The notes under the pieces were generated by a model, which was not told where the DNA came from, did not search any database, and saw nothing but the letters and a program-made list of their open reading frames with translations. A stretch of 64,000 bases of DNA. It comes from Chrysomallon squamiferum (Eukaryota; Animalia; Mollusca). Of this stretch, positions 14,427-28,943 are shown in pieces (position 1 is the first letter of the stretch; the number at the start of each line of letters is the position of its first letter). Made by a program: the position numbers and the translations under genes. The stretch covers positions 13,578,001 through 13,642,000 of the forward strand of contig CM022677.1 of NCBI GenBank assembly GCA_012295275.1, in the 5' to 3' direction.

Positions 14427-15899
14427 AAGGGTTTCATAAGCATGAAACATTTATGTTTTATCATGACATATTGTGTTTTAAACACTGGAAGACATTATTT
14501 ACAACATATGCATGCAAATAAACACGTATTTTTGGCAATATTGTATCCAACCTTCTTTTTTTTTAACCATCTTGTTGTGCACATAATTTTTAAACTACAT
14601 GAACAGGTAAAATTTATTTTATCTTTATATGTAATTTCTCCTCTAAATTTGAAGCTTATTTTTTCCATAGTCCAGCTAATATAAAAAGTATGGCCTATAA
14701 AGTGACTATAATATTTATCTTAATCAGGTTTTGTATTAACTATCCTGGAGTTTATTATGGGCAGTGTTTTGAAATTTGTGTCATTTGTTTTGGAAGCTGT
14801 TTCTATGAGAGATTTTACTTCTTGGTTTTAAAGTAGTGGAAGCTTAATAATCAGTTAACATTAATAAAGTCACTACAGAAGAAGTGTTCTTAATAGCACG
14901 TTTGGCTCCAGTTAATTGAGTAATTATTTTAATTTTTTTATTTTAATTTCCTTTTTTGATTTTGTTTTGTGTCATTATATGATGAAACACTACAGGGCTG
15001 ATACTTTGTCTACATCTTAGGTTCAAGAATCTGTAAAGAGTTTTTGAAAGTGATAGATATTTATGGATATTTTTCAATGTTTTATGACCGTAATTCATTG
15101 TATTTAGATGTGTATATTTTAATGAGCTTATGAAGATTTATTTTGTTTTTTTTGTATTTCAGTTATATTTTGAATTGGGCTAAGCCGGTGAAGTTTATTT
15201 TTGCCAAGCAAAGATTTCTTCAAGGTGAAAGTTGCTACTTAGACACATCTAGTGTGTTTTTCTGTAAGTTTGTTTTTAATATTACTGTATGTGCAAAATG
15301 CCTGCATGGTGACTGTTGTATTTTTGTGTTTTTTAATGACAGGTGTTGAATATTCTAACATGGTTCATACTACTTTTCAGCTTTTGCAATAACATTCTGA
15401 AATATCCCCTACTTTTTTGTACAGAGAAAAAACATGTGCAAATATAAATCAGTTTCTTTTAAGAACTATTTCATTATTACATATAAATGCATCATTTATA
15501 TGTAATTAGAGATAATTAATTGAAAACAGTTCATATTTTGTTCAAGATGATTATAAAAAAAACTCAACATGATCAAACCTATAGCACACTGATAATCCTT
15601 AAAGTTATTGTTATTATTATCATTCTTTTTCTGATAGCACAAGATTTCATGCAAATTAGATAAACCATAATACATCTCACAAATTTGTGAATTTGAAAGA
15701 ATTGTAGAAACAGTGAATTAATGAGAAATATGTGGGCATCAGTTTACTGTGGACTGACAGTGTTTGTATGACTAAAGTCACGTACGGACTGTAGTGCTGT
15801 AGTACAGAAAATGATTGTCACAGTTTATTATGTTCAATGAAAATTCTTCATTTTACTCAATTTTTTGAAAGATAAACTAAAGTTTGTATTCTCTCTTTT

Positions 15900-16426
15900 C
15901 AGAATTGTACACGTCAAGAATGCCTATGTCACTCTTTGTCACTCTGGCAGTAATTTTTTCAGTGGATTTAATCTTCTTTGTCTTAGACTTTTCTATACTT
16001 TCACACCAGTACTTTTTATTCCTACAAATCAAGAAATCCTTCAAACATGTTTTTTTTTTGCAGTGTCATTAATGATCTTCCCTCTTTTCACCTTCACATT
16101 CTTGCACATCTTTTTCAATTCCACCATTACACATTTTCTGCCACCTTTCTGTTTACTTTTGTGTTCATGTTACCTCTACTTCACTGTTCCCTCTGCTTTG
16201 GTTCATTGAGCCATATCTTCTCCTGGTGGTTTGTGGATAATCTCACGCAGGCCTTCATTAAAACCCAGTCTCCTCTTTCATATGTGTTACTTGTCTTTGA
16301 ACATCTCGTATGGATAGATATCTTTAGGTGCAAGGAATGCAGCCTGATAGGGTCCATAGAAGAAAATTGGATATTTTGGAGTTTTTACTGATGGTGGAGG
16401 TCATCAATCCTTGCCAGCCAGTGTGA
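15900..16426 (-). pseudogene. Inverted 5' part of a LEDGF/HDGF-related (PWWP-domain) processed pseudogene
   Basis: The minus strand 16426->16227 reads [63 protein letters not shown]. This matches the HDGF/LEDGF PWWP pattern [43 protein letters not shown]. It has stops and a frameshift and no introns. The left boundary is approximate. Confidence 0.88.
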
Positions 16427-16429
16427 ACT

Positions 16430-17537
16430 GATTGTTTCGAGTAAAAGGAAAGTATTACATGGCAGTGAAAGCAAATCGAAACTCAGTCTGCTAGAGAAGA
16501 TGACACCAATCAACACAGCATAGATAAACATTGTGATAAAAAGGTGAAGGAAAAGTCAAAAATAGATACTAAAGTAAAAGAGGATGAACACAAAAAGTAA
16601 AATTAAACTAACAAAAAAAGAAAGTTGGGAGCAGATGATTATGAAAACAAGAAAAAAGCTGGATGAAGATCGCATACAGCAGGAATGTAGTGAGAGAATC
16701 AGACAGAAAGCAGAGGTTGTCTTCAACAAGTTCAAAGCTTTTTCTCAAAGATTGATGCAGACAAGCTACAGCAGGTTGATAAACAAAGCAGTGAAGAAGG
16801 TGAGACGCCAAGTGATTTGAAACAGTATGAAATAGTGGATGGGAACATGGATGTGAACAAACCACTGAACATATCAGCAGGTGACTCTCCATTAACTAGT
16901 AATAGTTTAGTGAAAACAGAGAAGGAAGAACATTCATGGTCTACAAGTGACAATAACTTTCCAAGGTGAAACAAAGATAACCACGAGGAAGGAACACAAG
17001 GTCACAAACCACAGCTGGAAAGTGACAATGTAGAAGAGAAAACAACTAAACAGTCTGAAAGGGTTGTTAGTGATGTGTCAGCCACTTCTCTGCTGCAGTC
17101 AGGTTATAATTCTGCTAGTACTGGATTGCATTCTGGGATCACAGTGATGTCTCATTCAAAGACAGAGGATGCTGGGAAGGCTTCTGGGAAATATTCGGGT
17201 ATTGTAAAAACAGGGCTGTTAGATGTTCCTCTCACAGACGTGTCATCAGACAGCAGCAGCTTGAAACCAACACACTGAAACTCTCCTTTATCAAGTGATG
17301 ATGATTCTAGTCCCAACACAAAGTTCACCTCTTGTAAGCTTCCAGAGCAATGGTGATGAAGCTGAATGGAGGAGGGTATCAGTGACAAACTAGAGGAGAT
17401 CATAAAGGAAACGTTAGCCAGCGAGACAGCAAAAAGAGAAGCAGCAGCTAAAGAAGAGAACATAAGACAACGGCAGACAGTAACATGATGCTGTCATGGA
17501 CGATGATGATGAACTCTATAAATTAATTGGTGTTTAG
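16430..17537 (+). pseudogene. Sense 3' part of the same LEDGF/HDGFL2-like retrocopy (charged linker, end of IBD, acidic tail)
   Basis: K/E/D/S-rich frameshifted coding remnant containing ERIRQKAEVVFNKFKAF, which resembles the LEDGF IBD end (IMEKSTMLYNKFKNMF). It ends DDDDELYKLIGV*. Confidence 0.72.
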
Positions 17538-19160
17538 AATGTGTTAGATGTGTGCAGTTTATATGATGTTCGTGGGTTAAGTCTGCATAGCCTGATAGAA
17601 ACACAGATAAACTTTTCTCCTTTATTTTTAGATGTATCAGGTGTAAAATATGGGTGGCATTCATATTTTATAGAAACTTTTTGATCAGTGTTATATCAGC
17701 TAATTATGTCTAGTGAATATTCAATACTGTCCAAATTTCTAGGTTTTTACTTTCTATCTTTTGTGTTAGCATCTTTTTTAACTCTTATTATATTTCTGGA
17801 ATTTGATAAAAGTGCTATTTTAAACATGTACTTATTATTTAATGTTTCCTTGGTGTCTGTTTATAGGTTATTTGTGTGGAGCAAGAGAAAGAGATTTATA
17901 TTCTGCTATCATTGTATGTGTGTATGTATGCCTCGCGCACCTGTGTGTGTGTGTGTAACAACAACTTTCTTTCATTGTATGAATGCTAACAAACCTCAGT
18001 ACTTAAATATGTATTAGTCAGTGATGTTATTTTAATTTTCTATTATAATAATAATTATTATTACTTTTATATTAATTTATTTTTTTTAATTCTCATAAAT
18101 TGTTTGTTTTACTGTTAATGTGAGATTTTTGCAATATTTTGATCATGCAATTTTGAAATCTATACAAAAATTCTTCAGATATAAATGTTAATTCCATTAT
18201 TATTAAATCACTTTGAACAACAAATGTCCAATATTTTCAACAATATGTTTTGATTTGGTGGGTTTTGTTCCCTTCTGTTCGGTTGTGTTATGTTTATTTT
18301 AATTTTATTTAATATGTGTTGGTGTGATATATAATAGATTTGTCAGGTTTTTTTTATAATGTTAACATTTTAGTATTAAAATATAACTTTAATAGTTTAA
18401 TGAAAGTTAAACATATTATTTTAATAAATGATGTTAGTATGTAATTTTCAGCATTAACATTGCTATCTAATTAATGTTTGACTATAAAACAGTTATCCAA
18501 TATATTTAGAATCAAAATTAACTCAAAATGAATATATCGTTTAATAATATCGTCTGTATACCCTTCCCCCATCATATATATATATATATATAAATGTTAA
18601 TAATGTTAGTAATAAATTAATTGTAAAGAAAACAAGCACATTGTTGTTTTAAAACAGTTTTATTTCGATTAATGGTTACAGAAAGTGGTAAATTTTAGTT
18701 TTTAAAATTACTTCATATAATAATTGTTAACACACTAATTTCAAAAACCATATTTATTTCATTTAATAGAAGAATAGTAAAAAAACAATAATTTCAAAAA
18801 TCATTTTATGTCATATAACAATTAATTGTTTACATGAAATATAAAAACAGATGCATTAACTTTACATAATTTTATTATATTTCATTTAATAATAAATTGT
18901 TTACAGAAAATAGTCAAAAGAAATAACAAAATGGTTTTAAAAATTGCTTTTCATATTTTATTTCATATTTAATGTTTACACTAAATATTTAAAAAAAAAA
19001 ACAAAGTAATTTATAAAAATAGTTTCAGTTTACTTCATTTCATTTAAAGTTTACTAAAGTATTAGTAATAAAAATAAAAACAATTAAGTACTGAGCAGAA
19101 AACAATGACTAAGCCTGAATTAATTTTAAAATAAGTTTAATGTTAATACATTTTTCATAA

Positions 19161-19230
<70 letters not shown>

Positions 19231-20145
19231 TGTTTTTGTTTTTTATTATTATTTTTTACTCCTTTTAGTTCTGTTCTTGTTTTATTTATTTATAATTTTT
19301 GTATTTATAAAGCAGTAATGTTGTCCTTACTAGTAACATTGGTAACTTTGTAGTCGGAAGTATTTTGGATATACTGCATTTTGCAGTTTCCCATGGGGTT
19401 GCTCCTATTTATATATTTTTTTTATAATCACAATGAGGCCCATTTTAGGTGGCAGAATAAATTTTGGTTTTGATGGTCAGTTACCAGAATGTCTAGCTCA
19501 GATAATGTAATTAGAGATGGTTTTTATTGTTATTTATTTTAATGATGATTGTCACGAGGCTTTATTTGGGTTATCAGATAATTGGTTTGACTAGACACTT
19601 AAATGGCTGTAGCAGATGTTACTAAAGAAAATAAGTGAATGACAAATTAGAGTTAATCAAAATAATTTGAAATGATGGTGTGTTTTGAATTTAAATGCTG
19701 GACCCTTTTATTTCTCACTGCTCAATAACACTGAGGCCTTTTTTTCTCCATTAAAGTTTTGTTAGCAACAGATAAAACAATTTTTGTCATAGTATCTGAT
19801 ATTGGAAAAGAATAAAAAATAAATGAAAAATAAACATACAAACAAATAAACAATAAATAAATAATTAAATAAAAATGAAATAGATAATAAAATAAAGTAA
19901 ATAAAAATGGATATTTAAAGTTCATTTTCTGATAATCTTTCATTAGAAAATATTCACTTTAGCAAATGAATATAAATCTTTTTACTACAGTATTCAAATA
20001 TAAATGTTGACATTCTTTAGAGATTTGTGTTACAAGTTACAGAATGACAGGAATTTAAGTTACTTAGACATCAGGTTTTTCCTTTTTTTAAATTTTAATT
20101 ATTATTATTAACACTACTAGTACTATTACTACTACTACTACTACT

Positions 20146-20197
<52 letters not shown>

Positions 20198-20375
20198 TTT
20201 CTATTATTATTATGAAAGAGCATGTTACAATGATAAGATTAGAAATGTAAAATTGTTTACACAAGTGTTTATATGTATAACAGACATTTTGTTGATAGTA
20301 AATGAGTTGGCCAGGATAAACATGCACTGAAATATATAAACAAAAACAAGTACAGCTACACACACACACACATAC

Positions 20376-21088
20376 ACGTTTGTGTGTGGCTGTCTCTTTG
20401 TCTCTGTGTCTGTATGTTTGTGTGTGGCTTTCTCTTTGTCTCTGTCTCTGTATGTTTGTGTGTGGATGTCTCTTTGTCTCTGTTTCTCTGTATGTGTGTG
20501 GCTGTCTCTGTCTCTGTATCTTTGTGTGTGGCTGTATCTGTCTCTCTCTGGTATGTTTGTGTGTGGCTGTCTCGCTGTCTCTGTCTCTCTCTGGTATGTT
20601 TGTGCGTGGCTGTCTCTCTGTCTCTGTCTCTGGTATGTTTGTGTGTGGCTGTCTCACTGTCTCTGTCTTTCTCTCTGGTATGTTTGTGGCTGTCTCACTG
20701 TCTCTGTCTTTCTCTCTGGTATGTTTGTGGCTGTCTCACTGTCTCTCTCTTTCTCTCTGGTATGTTTGTGGCTGTCTCACTGTCTCTCTCTTTCTCTCTG
20801 GTATGTTTGTGGCTGTCTCACTGTCTCTGTCTTTCTCTCTGGTAGGTTTGTGGCTGTCTCACTGTCTCTCTTTCTCTCTGGTAGGTTTGTGGCTGTCTAA
20901 CTGTCTCTGTCTTTCTCTCTGGTATGTTTGTGGCTGTCTCACTGTCTCTGTCTTTCTCACTGGTATGTTTTTGTGTGGCTGTCTCTCTGTCTCACTGTCT
21001 GTCTTTCTCTCTCTCTGGTATGTTTGTGTGTGGCTGTCTCACTGTCTCTGTCTCAGTCTTTGGTATGTTTGTGTGTGGCTGTCTCTCT
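20376..21088 (+). repeat. ~42-bp minisatellite (TGGTATGTTTGTGGCTGTCTCACTGTCTCTGTCTTTCTCTC)
   Basis: Direct tandem units; the overlapping ORFs in all frames are low-complexity. Confidence 0.95.
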
Positions 21089-21741
21089 ACAGTATTCAAG
21101 AATACCTTCATCTTCATACATTCTCTTTTTACAAGATAACAAAACACTTAAAAAAGCAAAAATGTTTTATCTTCAATACCAAATGTCACAAAATCAGATA
21201 AATTTGACTAGAAGCAATATACTTCCCATAATTCCCATGTAATAAATACTGTTAACTACTAAATTCCTTGTTAACTGTTATGTACAAGGAAAATACATTT
21301 TGAGTAATCTCCCTTCAATAAATCATACATTACCAATATTGTAATTTATTTTTTTTTTGTTTTGTATATTATACAAATCACTGGAAAATTGTTTTCAACC
21401 ATTTTGCTGATCTAGAGGATAACTCCATTTTAGCAATATCTACATTACATGTTAAGTGCTCTGTATTTTGAATAAATTTTAACAAAGTAGAATAACACAA
21501 GAAGCATTATTACTATTAATTTACTAATAAAATATGTTTTTGTTTTTGTTATTTTATTAATTTTATTTTTATTATTGTCAAACATTCACTACTACTACTT
21601 CTATTATTATTATGGTTTTTGTTCTTCATTTTCTAATCAGTACCCATGTACACATTGTTATAAAAATGTTTTATGAACACATATTAATGCAAACGTGACA
21701 TTGTTATAGAATAATGTTATAATATAAACACATTGTTATGT

Positions 21742-22440
21742 AGAGTGATGCCTCCAACGAGTGCTCCAACTTATGAGTTTTCTGAATTATGAGCAGCAGC
21801 CTGGTCGATTTTTTGCTTTTAGTTGAAAGCCAAAATTCGAGTTACGAGTGAGCTTCAGATACACCGCCGCTAGTTGGCGCAACGAACAACACAACATCCG
21901 ACCAAAATCCCTTGTCTCACTCGTTTACTTCACATGGTTAATTCACCATGGAAACATCTCTGTTGTCTTGTGCTCGCGTTTTGTGCAGTATTTTGCCAAA
22001 TTTACGTTGTTCCTAAGAAAATGAGTGCAAAGGACAGTGCTGAGAACAAGACGCGAATGATGTCCGTTGAATTAAAACATGAAATCACAGAAAAACATGA
22101 GTAAGGCGTGCATGTAGTCAACATGGCTAGGCAGTACGAGCGTAGTAACATACTCAAGCAGGAGTTGATAAAGGCTGTAACTCCAGTGTTAAAATAATTG
22201 CTAAGCTGCAGACCTCTGTCCATGTAAAGATGGAGAAACCCTAACCCTGTACACTTTACAAAAAACAATTTATTTCTTTACATTCTCTTTTATTTTGTTT
22301 TTTCTTATTTAAGAAAATGAAATGGGGTGGTTTTGGGAGGGCTGGCTCGGATTAATGGTATTTCAATTAATTTCAGTTGGGAAAATTGATTTGATATACG
22401 AGAAAATTGAGTTACAAGCTCAGTCACAGAACAAATTAGC
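21742..22440 (+). mobile_element. Internally deleted Tigger/pogo-like DNA transposon
   Basis: ~22012-22180 translates as PKKMSAKDSAENKTRMMSVELKHEITEKHE*GVHVVNMARQYERS, a CENP-B/psq-type N-terminal HTH typical of Tigger transposases. Subterminal TTACGAG/ATACGAG motifs occur at both ends. Confidence 0.75.
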
Positions 22441-22444
22441 TGTT

Positions 22445-23190
22445 GTCAAACACGTAATTTAATTACCTTAGAATGATCGGCCACCTGCCAAACACAACAC
22501 CGTCTGACAGCCTCCTGTCGGAATATGGCATCCAACCACAGAAATACAGAAGAAAGCTGCAGCTACTGAAATACAACCTGAAAATACACACCCTGAACAC
22601 AGACCACCCCGTCAAGGATCTGGTCCCCGACCAACAAAGAATAGGGCAACCCTTTAAGTCTACTTCTATTGAATTTCCCGACAACAGCCAGCGATATCGA
22701 AAGGGAAACAGGAATTGGGGAAATGCCACTGCCAGCAATAAACACACCTTTCCTAATCAAGACAGAAACAGACAAAACAGAGTTACCATCCTTCATAAAA
22801 GCCATATTTCTAGCAGCAGCAAACCACCACTACAAACAACACAGGAACATCTACGCCAACGGATCCAAAACCCCAGACAACGGGCGAGTAGGATTCGCCT
22901 TCATAGCCCAAGATCACAAAAACAAACCCACATGCATACAATTCGACCGTATCACAAATCACCTTTCAGCATGCACGGCCGAATTCCAGCAGACCAGACC
23001 TACTCAGCAAAATACAACATCTACACGAGGACATACAACACAACGACAAACAACTAATCATCAAGTGGCTCCCAGCACGTCAGCATCATCAGCAACGAAC
23101 TTGCAGACCATTACGCCAAAGAGTCACTCAGCATCAAAAAGAAGACAAAACTATACGTACTTACTTTCAGACCATACTAACCTGGTTATC
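22445..23190 (+). mobile_element. Non-LTR retrotransposon fragment with RNase H domain
   Basis: NIYANGSKTPDNGRVGFAF (IYTDGSK-like), SACTAE and frameshifted LIIKWLPA..IISNELADHYAK (WxPxHxGxxGNExAD-like). An A-run follows at ~23197. Confidence 0.8.
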
Positions 23191-24176
23191 AGATTTAAAA
23201 AAAAAAAAAAAAAAAAAGTACTAATAAATGTAAATAAGTTAACAAAGTTCATGTTCTTATTCTTCACAACAGCTTGCTCTAATCAGCACGTTAATTTTTG
23301 TCAAGGTTCAAGGTTCAAGGTAATTAAATTACGTGCTTGACAACAGCTAACTCGGAATAGCACGTTAATTTTTTTCAATTTTAATTTTCCTGCAATCGTA
23401 ACGAGAATCCCTTTCTCTTTCCTTTCACAAAAACTCTTTCTGCAACAGACACGCCTGCTGACCTGTCAGAAAGCGTGCCTCTCGTAGACGTTCTTCACAA
23501 CAGCTAGCTCTGATTAGACGTTCCATTTTTCCAGTTTCCAGTAATTAAAGAGCGAAGTGAAAGGAGCGAAGGAAACGGTCAAGTCGATACTTATGTCAGG
23601 CAGAGAAAAACCAATGTTTTTGAATGACATTGTCTTTACTGAGGAGTATGGTAAGCAACTGTCTATTCTTTTTTTGATAGGGTGTAATGTGTCAGTAACA
23701 TTTATAAAATTATACCTCCGTGCAGATTCTTATTTTGTCTTGGTTCCCCGAATGACAAATCAAAATTAATTAAACATATGTTTTACGAGTGTATAATGTA
23801 TTATTATCAAGTCACCTGTACATAATAATTAAATAATTAACGTGAACTTTAACCGGTGTTGTGTTTATTTCTCTACTCGATAGATAGACTTATTGATTTA
23901 TATAGATTGCTGTCAGTTTAGTTTTAGATTCCTTGTTAGTGGCCATTAAAGCCCTTGTTACCCTCGACTGAGCTTTAATAAAACATCCAAGATGTTTAAA
24001 GGTTTGAGCCCCGTGACACATTGTTTCAGTTTTTTTTTTATTAATTATTATTTTATCATTTTAATTAGTATTATTGTACTTGTAGTTTTTATCGTTAATG
24101 TCTTTATGTCAGATATTATTACTGTCGAGATTATAAACAAAGAAACAATTATCAATAGATAAATAGATAGATAGAC

Positions 24177-24207
<31 letters not shown>

Positions 24208-26767
24208 GAAACAAACACATAGAATAGACAGAGTTTGGTATATTTGTTTGCCTTAGAGGATAGTTGTACATATAAGTTGATATCAGTGATATATGATGTT
24301 TAGGTATGTAGATGATAGATACATTGAAGACAGCTAGGGATGGATATGCTTAAATGAGCTTATGTAAGAAAATGTGTGTACATGCGTTATTATATAATAT
24401 CATATTAACCTCGCTTTTAACATCTTTTCTTTTATTGGTCATTTTAATTACTCAGTTCAGTTTTGTCCTTTTTTTTTCAATCCATCTACCTATCTGTCTG
24501 TCTATGTATCTAACCTATTTATCTAACTCTCAGACTGTAGAGATAAATATAGGTGTCGCTGTAATTATAACTTCAGTAAATTTGTTATAAACACTGCAGA
24601 AAACACTGATAATAAAGCAGCGATGATATTTCACTCATCAGGAGAGGTTCTGTATATGCTGAAAATACTGAAAGATCTTCGAGATTAATATTAATAAATT
24701 TATTTTGCAGTGATGAACAAAAATGTTCTTGTTCAAGTAAATGTAACTCAGTTTTCACATCCTTCTCACGTTTTCAATTTTAACGCTACGTCTTATTTCT
24801 CTCCAGATTATTCCTAGTTGAACATTAATTGTCTAATTATGAATTTAATTTTAACAGTGAATAATAGAATATTACTTGCTTGACTGAAAAAACAATACCT
24901 CTATTTTTCAATACACTGTGTGTGCAATACATAATATTACCGCTACGCCTCTGTTAACAACATAAAACATGTAACACAAACAGTGATGGCGGTACTGTAT
25001 TTTGAGTATTTACTGAAACACGAAACTTTGACGTGCAGTGAAGTTTTCATAACGCCGTGTAAAATTACTCTTACGTAGCTTTTCAGTGAAACATGTTCTG
25101 TTAATAAAATGTCACATTAATATGGAAGCGTTCTCGATATTTTGGATTTCACATATAATTCTACTGTTGTTTATAAAAACACGCTAACCCGAAACCCCAA
25201 TCTACATTTCTGAATGTATCCAAAGTTTTCACAGTAAAATTATACAGTTACAAAAAAAGATCGAATATTGTTTTTTCGTGGGGTTTTTCTCTCTTCCTGA
25301 CAGTAGTTGTAATAGAATAAAGTACCATTTCTATAATTCCAGACAAAGCGTTGGATGTATTTTAGAAATATACTTTTTCTAAGCTGGAGAAAGATGAAGG
25401 TGATTTTCATTAATTACAGCTCGTGTTTTGTATTAGTTTTCTGGTAATTAATATTTAACAAGTGTATTTTAATAAATGTGGGTGTGTTTTGTGAAGAAAC
25501 GTTTGGGTGAAACTTGTGAAGACAAGTCGGGCTGTGCAGACGTTTTCTAGACATAATTTGTGACGCTGGACTGAGTTTACGTTCTATGAACAAATAAAAT
25601 TTCAGTTTTATATGAATAAACTGAGGTTCAACCAAAAATAGAATGTTATAGTCTAAATAATCTATGCCTGAAATAATCATTAAGAAACAGTAAGATTTAC
25701 TTGACAGTAAAGACAATGTTTTAATAGGATGAATCAATTTCGTCTAGCTGACTAAAAACATCCTGATATCTCATAAAACACTAGGCCAGGAGTCCAGGCA
25801 TGTATTCTATGATGTAACTTAAAATTATAATATTTACTATCACGTTATTTTCACTCAGTATCAGTTTATAATATAAACGTCGCTGGTTTTATGTATAAAC
25901 GTGAATTACGTCGCCTTTTTTTCGAGCAGAAAACTTCGCTTGTCTCTGTGAATTTTAATTTTAATGTCGTTAGCTTTGCAAAAATCAAATTTTGTGATTG
26001 AAGTAAACTGTACCTTCTCACGTGTTCAGTATTAACAGTCATTTATTTCTGAATTTACAAATCGATTGCTCAATGCCGTTATAAAATGAAAAGGTCAGAC
26101 CCAGATTAATGTGGTATTTGATTAACAATAGAACAGATTACACTAAAAAGCTCTGTGTGATGTTGAAAACTGAGATTTTATTTTATAAGAATCAATTCAT
26201 TTTGTTTATAAGTTGATAATAAATGATGTTCAGGTAGATTTATGATGAGCACTGTTTTCACAGCTAATTTGAAATTGAACCAATATAATTTACTGTTATT
26301 AAAAGTATCAAAATTATTCTGTAAAAACCGATAAATTTCCTCTGGCTGTATCCAAGATTATACTGACAATTATATATATATATATATATATATCATATTT
26401 GTTATAATGCAAAACAGAGGTAAACTTAATAAAATATCAATGTTAACAGTGGTGCTGTTACTAAGATAGAACGTAATTTTCACTCAATTTATTCGTTTAA
26501 GCTGCACAGCTGCACTAAATAAAAACGTAAATTCTGTCAAGCAGTCTTAAATATTAAAAAAAAAAATGCGCATCCAAATTAAATATGATATTATACATAA
26601 AAATTAAATGATTAACCGGTAAAATATTGGTTATTGTATTTAAAAACCTTTATTTGAAAATCTCCTCTGTATTTCTCAAAAAAGAAGAAAAAAAAAAATA
26701 TATATATATATATTCGTATAAACTTTGCCACATATTAGAAAGAAAACAAAAAAAAAAAAAATATATG

Positions 26768-26800
<33 letters not shown>

Positions 26801-27369
26801 ACATCCAAAAAATAGAGAAAAGAAACATTAAGCTTAACCAGCAGCGCTGTTTATACGGCAAAATATATTCATTTCAAAATCGTCCCCTTTTCCTGTAATT
26901 TTTGTTGTTCTTTATTTTTTTCATTTATTCAAGATCTGTTTTAGATAAGGTAGACTGTGCCGTAAGCAGAAATTCATTAAATAAATGTTTCTCATTTTCT
27001 TCTCTCCAGAAAAACAAACATCTTGAGAAAGAAATGTATTCTTTTGTCACAAAGGGCGTATGTCATTCCATTAATAGTAAATTTATGCTAAATAAAGTAA
27101 TAATCTTATAAAACAAAACAAATATTAGTTTTGTCAACTTTCATTTTGTTTCTCAAATATTAATTAAATCTGTAAATTTGATAAAAATAAGACAATCAAT
27201 ATTTTTCTCTCCCATGTACAGGCTATATTATTACATTAAAGAAACTTAACAGCAAATATTAGTAAAATAATTAATTATTAAACGTTTTAGACAAAAGACT
27301 GAAGGAACCACAATCAGCAGCTGCTCACTTAGAAATGACGTTTCGTTTGCAGCTTCTTGCCTCTAGATA

Positions 27370-27940
27370 CAATAACAACGGCAGGAACAACGCCGTTACG
27401 ACGGCAAATATCGCGATATTAACACAAATAGTAATGCGGACACTAAGCAGCAAAAGAATAAGGAGAATACACCGAGAACGTTGATAACAACGTTGTTACG
27501 TTGGTAATGAGGGCGACATTAATAGAAAATAAAATAATATATTTTAATAGGTGATGTGCCCGCCCAGAAAGTATGAAGAAGAATTAATATAAAAGCCCTA
27601 AAGAATAATGAGAAATACTCGATGAAAGCTAGCAACGATATTTAATAGAAATAGTAACAATGTTTTTTAAGAAAGAATGAATAATAGTTAATAAAAAGCA
27701 AAAGAAAAAGGAGAAGTACACCTAGAACGTAGGGAACAACGTTACAACGGTAATGACGGCGACATTAATAGAGATAATAATAATATATTTTAACATATGA
27801 TGGGCGCGGTCAGAAAATAAGAATAACAGCGAATAAAAGACGAAAAGGAGTAAACCAATAACGTTAGGAACAACACCGGTACGATGGCAACGACGGCGAC
27901 ATTAATAGAAATTAATATATTTTAATAGGTGGTGAAAGTA
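27370..27940 (+). repeat. Diverged ~120-bp satellite-like array (same family as 1240-2070)
   Basis: GGCGACATTAATAGA.AT..TAATATATTTTAA units at ~27512, 27758 and 27895. Confidence 0.75.
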
Positions 27941-28085
27941 TGAGGAGTAATTATAATATCAGTGACCGAATAAAATAAACGTTATCAGCATAATCTATAA
28001 TTATCAATATAATTTCTCTTTTTATATCACTTCTATAATCTAGTTATGTTAATAAGACAAAAGACGTTAGTCTGGAAACAGCTGG

Positions 28086-28116
<31 letters not shown>

Positions 28117-28686
28117 ATTCGGTTAATATTACTGCTTCACCTTTTTTTTTGTAATTTAGAGTGTAGTATTAGATCTGCATAACTGTGAAAAGGAATGTTA
28201 TCGAAGAAATCCTAAATATCTAAATATCTAAAATATCATGTAAACTACAAAACTCTTTTTTCATTACGCCGTGTAAAAATCATCACTGTAATAGTATTCC
28301 TAACAGAATATTCGTTATTACATTAAAATCAGCTACTAACAGTAATTTGTAGAGAACTACAGTCAAATATCACGTTAATATATTTGTATCTTCTAGGCGT
28401 TACCATGCAGGAAGATATAATTTATAGTGCAGATAATAGAATTAGAATTACATAACTGTAAGATTGTTAATTTAAAAAGGACACTATAGCAGAAATACTA
28501 AATATTTTTCAATATATTTTACATGGCGGTGGAGCGCTGATATTATTGTCTTAAGTTATCTGCAGAAAATTATTCATCTTATTAAAATATCACGTTAATG
28601 CTGTTTAGAATTAAATATTTCCTTTTTCTCAGACCCCGTAACTTTTTCCTTTGCAATCTCTACCAGTGTAATTAAAGGCACATTAA

Positions 28687-28943
28687 CAGCGTGCAGCGGG
28701 TGGGGGACGAAGGTCTGTGGCCCCGGGCATCCAAATGGGGAGAACATCCAATCAAAGAAAAGAGGTTGATAAAATTGTGTGATTTGTATTTAAATCAATA
28801 AAGCGTTTATTTTATTTTATTTTGTTTTTAATATTCAAAATATCTTCCTTTCTCAAAATATTTATCGGTACTAGGCCTTGATTCCTTGTGGCATACCACC
28901 AAGGAGTTGACCCCGGGCATCACCAGACCTCTGCATGCCACTG
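28687..28943. mobile_element. hAT-type MITE
   Basis: Perfect 8-bp TSD CACATTAA (28679-28686 and 28944-28951). Imperfect TIRs CAG(---)CGTGCAG / CTGCATGCCACTG. Confidence 0.85.

Larger units (their letters stand above)
15752..23133 (+). repeat. Segmental duplication, copy 1 (patchy homology to 33825-42623)
   Basis: Colinear, same-orientation blocks: 15752-18540 with 33825-36838; 18553-19620 with 40040-41015; 22797-23133 with 42297-42623. Confidence 0.9.

Noticed and set aside
15865-16391. Hydrophobic plus-strand ORFs (also 33940-34419) as membrane proteins
   Set aside because: They are the antisense reading of the K/E-rich inverted retrocopy segment.
20088-21242. Several 100-270-aa Cys/Leu/Ser/Val-rich ORFs
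   Set aside because: They are translations of a 42-bp minisatellite and (GT)/(CT) repeats.
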